Of a DNA stretch of 64,000 nt, positions 34,459 through 43,550 are shown in pieces (the first letter of the stretch is position 1; every line of letters starts with the position of its first letter). A program made the translations under genes and the position numbers. The stretch is taken from contig JAFTGE010000012.1 of assembly GCA_017458085.1 (NCBI GenBank), forward strand, positions 176 through 64,175, in the 5' to 3' direction. The notes under the pieces were generated by a model. That model saw only the letters and a program-made list of their open reading frames with translations, did not search any database and was not told the origin of the DNA. Source of the DNA: Oscillospiraceae bacterium. Its GTDB lineage: Bacteria > Bacillota > Clostridia > Oscillospirales > Oscillospiraceae.

Positions 34459-35781
34459 ATGGAAAAAACGTTTGCAATGATTTCGCTCGGCTGTGCCAAG
34501 AATCTGGTCAACAGCGAGCAGATGCTCTATCTCATGAGCGAGGCGGGCTACACCCTGACGGCCGACCCCGACGGCGCCGACCTCGCCATTGTCAACACCT
34601 GCGGCTTTATCGACGCGGCCAAGGCCGAGGCCATCGACAACATTCTGGAGATGGCTGAGCTGAAAAAGGCCGGGCGTCTGCAGGGCCTGATCGTGACAGG
34701 GTGCCTGGCCGAGCGGTATAAGGACTCCATTCTGGCCGAGATGCCGGAGATCGACGCCGTGCTCGGTGTGAGCAGCTTCAAGGACATTGTCGACGCCGCC
34801 GACACGGTCATGGCCGGAAGCGGCGCCAGCCTCTTTGACGACCAGAGCGCGCCCATTGACGAGATCCCCCGCGTGGTCACCACCGGGCCGGGCTGGGCCT
34901 ACCTGCGCATCGCCGAGGGCTGCGACAACTACTGCGCCTTCTGCGCCATCCCCGACATTCGCGGGCGCTACCGCTCGCGCACGATGGAGAACATTCTGGC
35001 CGAGGCCGAGGATCTGGCCGCCCACGGCGTCAAGGAGCTCATCGTCATCGCCCAGGACATCACTCGCTACGGCAGCGACCTGTACGGCAAGAACTCCCTG
35101 GCCGAACTCTGCCGCAGGCTCTCCGCCATTGAGGGCATCCGTTGGATCCGGCTGCACTACCTCTATGTGGATCAGTTCGACGAGGAGCTGATCGAGGAGA
35201 TCGCCACCAACGATAAAATTGTCAAGTATCTGGATATCCCCATCCAGCATATCAATAACCGTATTCTCAAGCGCATGAACCGCCGCGGCACCGGGGACGA
35301 TATCCGCGCCCTGTTCCAAACGCTGCGCCAGCGCGTTCCCGGCCTTGTGCTGCGCACCAGCCTCATCGCGGGGCTTCCCGGCGAGGGTGAGGCGGAATTT
35401 GAGGAATTGTGTACCTATCTGCGCGAGGCAAGGCTGGAGCGCGTCGGCGTCTTCCCCTTCTCCCCGGAGGAGGGGACTCCTGCCGCCGCCATGCCCCATG
35501 TGGATTTTGAGGAAGCCCAGCGCCGGGCCGATCTGATCCTGGAGCTGCAGGGGCCGATCATGGAAGACTTCTGCCAGCGTCTGGTGGGTCGTACGCTCGA
35601 CGTGCTGTGCGACAGCTTCGACGAGGAGAGCGGCCTTTATGTCGGCCGATGTTACGCCGATTCCCCCGACATTGACGGCCAGGTCCTCTTTACCGGACGA
35701 TGTACCGAGGGGGAGATGGTCCCGGTGCTGATCGAGAGCACCGAGGACGGAATTCTCTACGGCACGATGAAAGGAGCATGA
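34459..35781 (+). CDS. rimO: ribosomal protein S12 methylthiotransferase RimO (radical SAM)
   Basis: 440 aa; N-terminal LGCAKN, radical-SAM CDNYCAFC, C-terminal TRAM. Confidence 0.9.
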   Translation: MEKTFAMISLGCAKNLVNSEQMLYLMSEAGYTLTADPDGADLAIVNTCGFIDAAKAEAIDNILEMAELKKAGRLQGLIVTGCLAERYKDSILAEMPEIDAVLGVSSFKDIVDAADTVMAGSGASLFDDQSAPIDEIPRVVTTGPGWAYLRIAEGCDNYCAFCAIPDIRGRYRSRTMENILAEAEDLAAHGVKELIVIAQDITRYGSDLYGKNSLAELCRRLSAIEGIRWIRLHYLYVDQFDEELIEEIATNDKIVKYLDIPIQHINNRILKRMNRRGTGDDIRALFQTLRQRVPGLVLRTSLIAGLPGEGEAEFEELCTYLREARLERVGVFPFSPEEGTPAAAMPHVDFEEAQRRADLILELQGPIMEDFCQRLVGRTLDVLCDSFDEESGLYVGRCYADSPDIDGQVLFTGRCTEGEMVPVLIESTEDGILYGTMKGA

Positions 35782-35786
35782 GCGGT

Positions 35787-36308
35787 ATGTTCAGTACCAC
35801 CGCCAATAAAATCACTGTCGCGCGCATTGTCCTGATCCCCGTGTTTCTGGTGCTGGCCTACACGGGCCACAGCGTCGGCGCGCTGATCGTGTACCTCGTC
35901 GCCTGCGCCTCCGACGCGCTGGACGGGTACATTGCCCGCCACTACAACCAGATCTCGAACTTTGGCAAGTTCATGGACCCGCTGGCCGACAAGATGCTGG
36001 TGCTGGCCGCCATGTGCTTCTTCGTGGAAAACGGGCAGATGCCCGGCTGGGCCGTCGCCATCGTGCTGTTTCGGGAGTTCGCCGTATCCGGCCTGCGCCT
36101 GGTCGCCGCCGAGCGCGCGCGCGTGATCGCCGCCGCCTGGTCCGGTAAGATCAAAACCACCGTCACCATGGTGGGTCTGGCCGCGATGATGGTCTTTAAC
36201 CTCCCCGCCGTCAACATCACCGTCACCGTGCTGATTATCCTGACCACCGTATACTCCGGCGTGGAGTACTTCATGAAAAACTACGACGTTCTGCGCGACG
36301 CAGACTGA
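35787..36308 (+). CDS. pgsA: CDP-diacylglycerol--glycerol-3-phosphate 3-phosphatidyltransferase
   Basis: CDP-alcohol transferase motif DALDGYIARHYNQISNFGKFMDPLADK; ATG 35787 is 10 nt after AAAGGAG (ATG 35778 also possible). Confidence 0.85.
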   Translation: MFSTTANKITVARIVLIPVFLVLAYTGHSVGALIVYLVACASDALDGYIARHYNQISNFGKFMDPLADKMLVLAAMCFFVENGQMPGWAVAIVLFREFAVSGLRLVAAERARVIAAAWSGKIKTTVTMVGLAAMMVFNLPAVNITVTVLIILTTVYSGVEYFMKNYDVLRDAD

Positions 36309-36351
36309 CTTAACTGTACCGCCGCCAAGTGCGGCAGATTGGAGAATAACT

Positions 36352-37803
36352 ATGTATCTATACAATTCCGCCACCCGTAAGAAACAGGAGTTTGTGCCCA
36401 ACCATCCCGACATCGTCAAGATGTACACCTGCGGCCCCACGGTCTACCACTTCGCGCACATCGGCAACCTGCGCTCCTATATCATGGAAGACATACTGGA
36501 GAAGTACCTGCGCTACCTGGGCTACAATGTCAAGCGTGTCATGAACATCACCGATGTCGGCCACCTGACCTCCGACGCCGACGAAGGCGAGGATAAGATG
36601 CTCAAGGGCGCCAAGCGCGAGCACAAGTCCGTGCTGGAGATTGCCAAGTTCTACACCGACGCCTTCTTTGACGATTGCGCCAAGCTCAACATCAAGACCC
36701 CCGACGTGGTCGAGCCCGCCACTAACTGCATTGACGACTATATCCGCATCATCACCAAGCTCATGGACACCGGCTACGCCTACTTCGCCGGCGGCAACGT
36801 GTACTTTGACACCTCCAAGCTTGAGCGCTACTACATCTTCAACGACTTCAACCAGGACGATCTGAACGTCGGCGTGCGCGAGGGTGTCGAGGAGGACACC
36901 AACAAGCGCAACAAGAACGACTTCGTGCTGTGGTTCACCAAGTCCAAGTTCGAGGATCAGGCCCTCAAGTGGGATTCCCCCTGGGGCGTGGGCTACCCCG
37001 GCTGGCACATCGAGTGCTCCGGCATCTCGATGAAGCACCTGGGCGAGGATCTGGACATCCACTGCGGCGGCATTGACAACGCCTTCCCCCACCACACCAA
37101 CGAAATTGCCCAGTCTGAGTCCTATCTCGGCCACCATTGGTGCAATTTCTGGATGCATGTCCTCCACCTGAACACCACCTCCGGCAAAATGAGCAAGTCC
37201 AGCGGCGAGTTTTTGACCGTCTCCCTTCTTCAGGAGAAGGGCTATGACCCCCTGGCCTACCGCTTCTTCTGCCTGCAGAGCCATTACCGCAAGATCCTGG
37301 TCTTCTCCTGGGAGAACCTCGATAACGCCCAGGTCGCCTACAACAAGCTGATCGCGCGCATCGCCGCCCTCAAGCCCGGCGACGGCGAGGTCGATGCCGA
37401 AGCCTTGGCCGCCCTGCAGGAAAAGTTCCGCGCCGCCATGGACAACGACCTGAACACCTCCCTGGCTGTCACAGCGGTGTACGATGTGCTCAAGGCCAAG
37501 ACCAACGACGAGACCAAGCTGGCTGCCCTGGCCGACTTTGACCGCGTGCTGAGCCTGGGCCTGATCGAGAAGGCCGCCGCCAAGCGTGAGGAGCTGAAAA
37601 AGCAGGCCGTCACCGCGGGCGAGTTTACCATCGTGTCCGAGTCCGGTGAATCCGATCCCGAGGTTGAGGCCAAGATCCAGGCCCGTCAGGATGCCAAGAA
37701 GGCCAAGAACTTTGCCGAGGCCGACCGCATCCGCGACGAGCTCAAGGCCGCCGGCATCGAGGTCACCGACATCCCCCACGGCGCCAAGTGGAAGCGCGTA
37801 TAA
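36352..37803 (+). CDS. cysS: cysteine--tRNA ligase
   Basis: 483 aa; HIGN (HFAHIGNLRSY) and KMSKS motifs. Confidence 0.95.
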   Translation: MYLYNSATRKKQEFVPNHPDIVKMYTCGPTVYHFAHIGNLRSYIMEDILEKYLRYLGYNVKRVMNITDVGHLTSDADEGEDKMLKGAKREHKSVLEIAKFYTDAFFDDCAKLNIKTPDVVEPATNCIDDYIRIITKLMDTGYAYFAGGNVYFDTSKLERYYIFNDFNQDDLNVGVREGVEEDTNKRNKNDFVLWFTKSKFEDQALKWDSPWGVGYPGWHIECSGISMKHLGEDLDIHCGGIDNAFPHHTNEIAQSESYLGHHWCNFWMHVLHLNTTSGKMSKSSGEFLTVSLLQEKGYDPLAYRFFCLQSHYRKILVFSWENLDNAQVAYNKLIARIAALKPGDGEVDAEALAALQEKFRAAMDNDLNTSLAVTAVYDVLKAKTNDETKLAALADFDRVLSLGLIEKAAAKREELKKQAVTAGEFTIVSESGESDPEVEAKIQARQDAKKAKNFAEADRIRDELKAAGIEVTDIPHGAKWKRV

Positions 37804-37819
37804 GCGAACACCATATAAA

Positions 37820-37873
37820 AAGGGGCTGTGAAGGTCCGGCGAGTGTTACCTTGCCTTTTCTTCACAGCCCCTT
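37820..37873. terminator. long palindromic terminator-like element, GGGGCTGTGAAG stem family (copy 2)
   Basis: 14-bp arms AAGGGGCTGTGAAG (37820-37833) / CTTCACAGCCCCTT (37860-37873), 26-nt loop containing GGCGAG as in copy 1; between convergent cysS and noc-like genes. Confidence 0.7.
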
Positions 37874-37876
37874 GTA

Positions 37877-38704
37877 TTATGTTCCGGCGCGGCTTTTCGG
37901 GATGGAGATGGTGAGGATCAGTGTGTCCTCGGTTTCCTCGCGGTGCACGCCTGCGTCGATTCCGCCCTGCTTCATCAGATCCAGGCTGCGGTTGAGACTG
38001 TTGAGGAAGACGCGCACATCCTTTAAAACGAGCGTGCGCTTTGGCTCCGGCTTGTCCGCGGGCGTCTCCTCCGGCGCGGAAAGCAGCGCCTCAATGTATT
38101 CCTCCGCCGCGGCAACGGTCAGATTGTTCTCCGCCATGTAGGCCAGCGCCATGCGCTGGGCGTTCGGATCGTTCAGACGCAGCAGCGCCCGGCCGTGCCG
38201 TTCGCTCAGTCCCTGATCCCGCAGCCCCTCCAGCACATCCCGCGGCAGCTTTAACAGCCGCAGCTTGTTGGCCACGGCGGATTGGGACTTGCCGATGCGC
38301 CGGGCGGCCTCCTCCTGACTGAGCCCGAACATGCGGATCAGGCGGCTCAGGCCCACGGCCTCCTCAATGAAGTCCAGGTCCCGACGCTGGAGGTTTTCCA
38401 CCAGGGCGATGAGACTGGCGTCCTCCATGTTCACGTCCAGCAGAATACACGGAACCTCCGCCAGTCCAGCCAGCTTTGCCGCCCGCAGCCGCCTTTCTCC
38501 TGCGACCAGCTCATAGCGCCCGCCGCGGCAGCGCACCGTCAGCGGGTTGAGGATGCCGTAGCTCTGAATGCTCTGGCTCAGCTCCTCCAGCGCCTTGTCG
38601 TCGAAGCGTTTTCGCGGCTGGACGGGGTTGGGCGCGATTTCCTCCGTGGGCAGCCACACAATATTTCCCCGCCGCACATTCGGTCGGGAACGCAATGCTT
38701 GCAT
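37877..38704 (-). CDS. ParB-family protein of the Noc (nucleoid occlusion) type, orphan (no ParA)
   Basis: 275 aa; ParB box ELVAGERRLRAA, HTH GKSQSAVANKLRLLKLP, and C-terminus KDVRVFLNSLNRSLDLMKQGGIDA...LILTISIPK resembling the B. subtilis Noc tail; ATG 38704 is 7 nt after GGAGG. Confidence 0.8.
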   Translation of the reverse strand: MQALRSRPNVRRGNIVWLPTEEIAPNPVQPRKRFDDKALEELSQSIQSYGILNPLTVRCRGGRYELVAGERRLRAAKLAGLAEVPCILLDVNMEDASLIALVENLQRRDLDFIEEAVGLSRLIRMFGLSQEEAARRIGKSQSAVANKLRLLKLPRDVLEGLRDQGLSERHGRALLRLNDPNAQRMALAYMAENNLTVAAAEEYIEALLSAPEETPADKPEPKRTLVLKDVRVFLNSLNRSLDLMKQGGIDAGVHREETEDTLILTISIPKSRAGT

Positions 38705-38792
38705 CAAAAAGCCTCCTTATCTTGTGGTTTGATGATGCAAGCATATACCAGATATAGCGAGAAAGCGGGCGAAAGCACAGCAGCCGGGAAAT

Positions 38793-39683
38793 TTATTTCC
38801 GGGCGCCGGGATTGAGCACGGCGATGGCCGCCAGGACCAACGCGATCCCGACGAGGGCGGTCAGCGTGGGCCGTTCGTGAAAGATAAAAACGCCGAACAG
38901 GGCGGCCACCACCGGCTCCACGGTGGCGAGGATGGCGGCCCGGCCGGGCTCGGTTCTCTGCAGGCCCTTGGTGTAGGAAAGATAGGGCGTGACGGCCGTG
39001 ATGAGCGTGGCCACGGGGATAAGCCATAAAAGCGTGCCGGCCGGGGCGCTGCGCAAAACGGTCGCGAAGCCCGGCAGATCGCAGACAAGGAGACTGCCCA
39101 GCGCGGCAAAAACGAAGGTCCAGGTCGTGACGGTCAGCGGGGGATAACGCCGCAGGGCGACGGTGGCGAGGATGCTGTACATGGCATAGCCAAAGCCCGC
39201 GCCAAGACCGACCAGCAGTCCGGCCGCGCTTAGTCCGCCGCCGGAAATCCCCGACACCAGCACGCACCCGCCAAAGGCCAGCGCCAGCGCGACAAGCTTC
39301 CTTGCCGTGAGCCTTTCGTGAAACAGCAGTGCCGACAGCAGCATCACCCATATCGGCGAGGTGTAAAGCAAAATCGCTGCCGTGGCCAGCGGCATCAGCT
39401 CAATGGCCCGGAAGTAGCACAGCGAGAAGAACAGCACGCTCCCGATGCCGAGCCCGAGAAACAGCGGGATATCCCGCCGTGTGATCCAAAAGTGTGCCCG
39501 ATCGGTGACGGCAAGGACGACCGCGAAGATCAGCGCCCCCAGCACAAAGCGCACCATCGCCACATGTGGAGAAGTCAGACCCAGACGGTTCATGGCGCGG
39601 GAAAAGATGCCCATGCTGCCCCAGAAGGTTCCGGCCAGCAGGATCAGGAGGGAACCCGAGCCGGTCTTTTTGTTGAAATTCAT
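38793..39683 (-). CDS. DMT-superfamily transporter (EamA family)
   Basis: Track ORF 38793-39899; ATG 39683 after GGAGG; 10 TM, two EamA repeats. Confidence 0.85.
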   Translation of the reverse strand: MNFNKKTGSGSLLILLAGTFWGSMGIFSRAMNRLGLTSPHVAMVRFVLGALIFAVVLAVTDRAHFWITRRDIPLFLGLGIGSVLFFSLCYFRAIELMPLATAAILLYTSPIWVMLLSALLFHERLTARKLVALALAFGGCVLVSGISGGGLSAAGLLVGLGAGFGYAMYSILATVALRRYPPLTVTTWTFVFAALGSLLVCDLPGFATVLRSAPAGTLLWLIPVATLITAVTPYLSYTKGLQRTEPGRAAILATVEPVVAALFGVFIFHERPTLTALVGIALVLAAIAVLNPGARK

Positions 39684-39811
39684 GGCGATGCCTCCAATCT
39701 CTGTCGGGCATTGTAGCATATGGGGAAAAGCAATGCAAGCGGTCGATTTTGCTTGTATAAGGGCGCTGCTCGTGCTATGATGAGCACATCTGTTACAGGG
39801 AGGGAAAAAAG

Positions 39812-40333
39812 ATGGAGATCCGCCGGGCGGGGAAGGAAGAATTTGAGGCCGTACGCGCCTTTTACTATGCGGTGATCGACGCCATGCAGACCGCGCCATA
39901 CAGACCCGGTTGGCAGAGGGACATCTATCCGGAACCGGAGTTTCTCCGCGCTTCCGTTGAGCGGGGTGAGCTGTTCCTCGGCGAGGAGAGCGGCGAGACT
40001 GTGGCGGCCATGGTGCTTAACCATGACTGCAACGAAGGCTACGCCAAGGTCGCCTGGCCCACGAAGGCCGCACCCGGCGAGGTGCTGCTGATCCATGCCC
40101 TCTGCGTATACGCACCCTGCGCGGGCCGTGGTCTTGCCAAGGAACTGGTGCGCTATGCGATCGACGAAGCCCGGCGTCTGGGGATGAAGGCCATGCGCCT
40201 GGATGTGCTCAAGGGCAATGTCCCGGCGGAGCGGCTGTACCCGGCCTGCGGCTTTCGGTATGTGGACACGGTCGTCATGTTCTACGAGGACACGGGCTGG
40301 ACGGATTACGAGATGTACGAGCTTGCCCTGTAA
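39812..40333 (+). CDS. GNAT family N-acetyltransferase
   Basis: 173 aa; acetyl-CoA motif ...CAGRGLAKELVRYAIDEAR... Confidence 0.8.
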   Translation: MEIRRAGKEEFEAVRAFYYAVIDAMQTAPYRPGWQRDIYPEPEFLRASVERGELFLGEESGETVAAMVLNHDCNEGYAKVAWPTKAAPGEVLLIHALCVYAPCAGRGLAKELVRYAIDEARRLGMKAMRLDVLKGNVPAERLYPACGFRYVDTVVMFYEDTGWTDYEMYELAL

Positions 40334-40339
40334 AAGCCC

Positions 40340-40368
40340 TTGCGAAACCGGGGCGGATTCGTTATAAT
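40340..40368 (+). promoter_or_regulatory. putative promoter of the AGCS transporter gene
   Basis: TTGCGA (40340-40345), 17-nt spacer, TATAAT (40363-40368). Confidence 0.55.
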
Positions 40369-40405
40369 TCTAATGTTAAAAGCAATTTCTGGGAGGAAAG
40401 CGTTT

Positions 40406-41818
40406 ATGATCAATGCCATTGACAATGTCGTCAATGCCATCAGCGGCGTGCTGTATCAGCCCTATGTGGTGCCGCTGATCCTGGTGTTGGCGGGCCTGTA
40501 TTTTACCATCCGCACCAAGGGCATGCAGTTTCGCCTGTTTGCCGAGTCCATCCGCGTCGTCAGCCAGAAGCCTGTCAACCTGGGCAACACCTCATCCTTC
40601 GGCGCGCTGATGGTGTCCACCGCGTCCCGCGTCGGCACCGGCAACATCATGGGCGTGTCCACGGCGCTTTGTCTGGGCGGCCCCGGCGCCATCTTCTGGA
40701 TGTGGATCACCGCCATCCTCGGCGGCGCCAGCGCCTTTGTGGAGTCCACCCTGGCGCAGATCTATAAAAAGCGCGACGCCGACGGCGGCAGCTACGGCGG
40801 CCCCTCTTATTACATGCAGGACGCGCTGGGCCAGCGCTGGCTGGGCGTGATCTTCTCCGTTGTGCTGATCCTGACCTATGTGGTCGGCTACAACATGCTG
40901 GCCGCCTACAACACCCAGAGCACCTTTGCGGTCTTCTCTTTCTATACGGCCCGCACCCCCTATGTCATCGGCGCGGTGCTGGCGGTTCTGTTCGGCTTCT
41001 GCGTGCTGGGCGGCGGCAAGCGCCTGACCAAGGTGACGGAGGTTCTGGTTCCGGTCATGGGCGTGATCTATGTGGCGGTTTCCCTCTTCGTGGTCATCAC
41101 CCATATCGGCAGCTTCGGCGCGGTCTTCGGCAGCATCTTCCGCTCCGCCTTCGATTTTAAGGCCATCTTCGGCGGCTTCACCGGCTCCTGCATCATGTGG
41201 GGCATCAAGCGCGGTCTGTACTCCAACGAGGCCGGCATGGGCTCGGCTCCCAACGCGGCTGCGGCGGCGGACGTGCAGCACCCCGTACAGCAGGGCCTGG
41301 TGCAGATGCTCTCCGTGTTTATCGACACGCTGCTGATCTGCTCGGCCACGGCCTTCCTCTGCCTGTTCTCCGGCGTGGAGCCCACGGCGGACGCGGCCGG
41401 CGCGGCCTATGTCCAGGCGTCTACGGCGGCTGCCCTGGGCGGCTTCGGCCCGGTGTTCATCACCGTTGCCGTGTGCCTGTTTGCCTTCACCACTCTCATC
41501 GGCAACTACTACTACACGGAGGGCTGCCTGCGCTTTATCATGAACCGGGAACCCAGCCCCGCCTTCATGCTGGTCTTCCGCCTGTGCGCGACCGTGCTGG
41601 TCTTCGTCGGCGCGATCATTTCTGCGGGTCTCGCGTGGGATTCTGCCGATCTGCTGCAGGCCCTGATGGTCATCATCAACGTGCCTGTGATCGTGATCCT
41701 CACCAAGCCTGCCATCGCCGCGCTGCGCGATTATGAGTGGCAGCGCCGCAAGGGGAAGCTCCCGACCTACCGGGCCGAGGCCAACGGCGTTAAGGGCACC
41801 GACTTCTGGCGCAGCTGA
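40406..41818 (+). CDS. alanine/glycine:cation symporter (AGCS family)
   Basis: Track ORF 40340-41818; ATG 40406 after GGGAGGAAA; typical N-terminus ...VVPLILVLAGLYFTIRTKGMQFRLF... and ...GLYSNEAGMGSAPNAAA... Confidence 0.9.
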   Translation: MINAIDNVVNAISGVLYQPYVVPLILVLAGLYFTIRTKGMQFRLFAESIRVVSQKPVNLGNTSSFGALMVSTASRVGTGNIMGVSTALCLGGPGAIFWMWITAILGGASAFVESTLAQIYKKRDADGGSYGGPSYYMQDALGQRWLGVIFSVVLILTYVVGYNMLAAYNTQSTFAVFSFYTARTPYVIGAVLAVLFGFCVLGGGKRLTKVTEVLVPVMGVIYVAVSLFVVITHIGSFGAVFGSIFRSAFDFKAIFGGFTGSCIMWGIKRGLYSNEAGMGSAPNAAAAADVQHPVQQGLVQMLSVFIDTLLICSATAFLCLFSGVEPTADAAGAAYVQASTAAALGGFGPVFITVAVCLFAFTTLIGNYYYTEGCLRFIMNREPSPAFMLVFRLCATVLVFVGAIISAGLAWDSADLLQALMVIINVPVIVILTKPAIAALRDYEWQRRKGKLPTYRAEANGVKGTDFWRS

Positions 41819-41833
41819 CTTGCTTGAGCATAG

Positions 41834-41865
41834 AAAAACACCGGCTCGACTGAGCCGGTGTTTTT
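41834..41865. terminator. bidirectional intrinsic terminator
   Basis: AAAAACACCGGCTC / GAGCCGGTGTTTTT, loop GACT; between convergent genes. Confidence 0.85.
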
Positions 41866-42878
41866 CAATTCTCACGATCCAGGAGAAGATCGATGAGCTG
41901 CTCGTTGGAAAGCCCCGCGATATAGTCCGCAGCGGCGATTCCCGCAAGCCGGTCGGTCAGATCTTCACGCGTCATTCTTGCGTTGAGCAGATATGCCGCG
42001 AGGACTGCCGGATCGCCACGGGAGAAGAAATCCCCCCGGAATTCCAGGGACAGGATGCGTCCGGCGTCAAGCGAAATCTGCGCCTCCACGGTGCCGCAGC
42101 CCTCGATCCGGCGCTTGCGCGTCAGATCGCAGCGCTTCGACTGGCCAAAATTCCAGTCCCAGCTGCCGTATCGTGCGCGGCGAAGTACCTCCACCGCGTC
42201 AAGCTCGGCAGGGGAGAGCGCGACGGGAAGCAGCGTCTGCCCCTCGCGCAGCGCTTCCAGCAGCCGTGCGCGAAAATCGCTGAGACACAGATCGGTATAG
42301 GGGCCGGAGAGCAAGGGCCGAATATTGGTGACCCGGCTGCGCACGGAGGGAATCCCCTTGGCCTGCAGCTTTGTTTCATCGACCCGCAGCACGCGGGAGA
42401 GCATGTTCAGGTCGGTGGCGAAGAGAATCGCGCCGTGGTTCATGACACGGCCATGGCGCTGATATTGGGCGCTGCCGCTGCATTTGAGGCCGCCCACGGT
42501 CAGATCGTTGCGCCCGCTGACTTCCGCATCCAGACCGAGGGCGCGCAGCGTCCGGCACAGGGGCTGGCAGAAGCGGTGCAGATCGTCAGCGCCGTCGGCA
42601 GCGTCTCCGATGAGCGTGTAGTTGAGATTTCCCAGGTCATGATAGACGGCGCCGCCACCGCTGCGGCGGCGGACAACGGGAATGTCGTGCGTCTGCACGA
42701 AGTCAGTGTCTATCTCGGCATAGGTGTTTTGATAGCGCCCGATGATGACGCTGCTGCGGTTCTGCCAGAGAATGCAGGCGCGGCTGCCGGGCTCGAGCGT
42801 GTCAAAAACATACTGCTCAAAGGCGAGATTCCAGGCCGGATCAGTGCTGCCGGTGTCAAAGAGAAGCAGCTCGCTCAT
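41865..42878 (-). CDS. lplA: lipoate--protein ligase
   Basis: 337 aa; ...RRRSGGGAVYHDLGNLNY... and ...GSAQY... LplA motifs. Confidence 0.9.
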   Translation of the reverse strand: MSELLLFDTGSTDPAWNLAFEQYVFDTLEPGSRACILWQNRSSVIIGRYQNTYAEIDTDFVQTHDIPVVRRRSGGGAVYHDLGNLNYTLIGDAADGADDLHRFCQPLCRTLRALGLDAEVSGRNDLTVGGLKCSGSAQYQRHGRVMNHGAILFATDLNMLSRVLRVDETKLQAKGIPSVRSRVTNIRPLLSGPYTDLCLSDFRARLLEALREGQTLLPVALSPAELDAVEVLRRARYGSWDWNFGQSKRCDLTRKRRIEGCGTVEAQISLDAGRILSLEFRGDFFSRGDPAVLAAYLLNARMTREDLTDRLAGIAAADYIAGLSNEQLIDLLLDREN

Positions 42879-43486
42879 GTCTGTGAAACCTCCCGCAGCA
42901 GCGCTGCCACCGCCTCGGCAATGATTGCGTGGCCCTCGGGAGAGGGATGAATCCCGTCAAGATACAGCGTCCGACGGGGATTTGCTCCCGCGTCGGTAAA
43001 CACGGGCCGCAGGTCGAGCGCGGGAATCTGAAACACCGCACAGTACTGCTTGAGCCAGTCGCCGTAGGCATCCAGAACCGGCGCAACGGCAGCAGGATCG
43101 GCGAGGGCGCGCCAGGACTCAGGCACGGCGTCTGTAACGCTCCGGGGCGGGATCAGCGCGACGGGGCAGACGCCCGCGGCCAGCAGCTGCTGAAAAATCG
43201 CGGCGGCGCAGGCGCGGGCGGCGCTGTCGGTCCCGGCGCAAAAAATGTCGTTATACCCGCCGCAGATGAGGACCATGCTCTGTGCTGCGGCGGCACGGTC
43301 CCTCTCCAGCGCCGGCAGCAGCCGCCCTTGGAGACGGGCAAGCATGCCGGGCAGGGTATCCCCGTTGACGCCGAGGTTTTGAACCGGCCAGCCCAGTGCT
43401 TGCGCGCAAAGCTCCGTCCAGCGCTGCCGCGGCGTCACGCCATAGCCATATACAAAGCTGTCGCCCACACAGTACAGCTGCATCAT
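42875..43486 (-). CDS. SGNH/GDSL-family hydrolase
   Basis: 203 aa; block I CVGDSFVYG, later GGYND and C-terminal DGIHPS; stop overlaps the lplA start (ATGA). Confidence 0.8.
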   Translation of the reverse strand: MMQLYCVGDSFVYGYGVTPRQRWTELCAQALGWPVQNLGVNGDTLPGMLARLQGRLLPALERDRAAAAQSMVLICGGYNDIFCAGTDSAARACAAAIFQQLLAAGVCPVALIPPRSVTDAVPESWRALADPAAVAPVLDAYGDWLKQYCAVFQIPALDLRPVFTDAGANPRRTLYLDGIHPSPEGHAIIAEAVAALLREVSQT

Positions 43487-43502
43487 ATGCCTCTCCTTCT
43501 GA

Positions 43503-43532
43503 AATACCCTGCCCGAAAACGGGCAGGGTATT
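43503..43532 (-). terminator. terminator after the split transketolase genes
   Basis: 13-bp arms AATACCCTGCCCG / CGGGCAGGGTATT, loop AAAA; short T-tract on the minus strand. Confidence 0.6.
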
Positions 43533-43550
43533 GTTATACGATCGAAAGTG

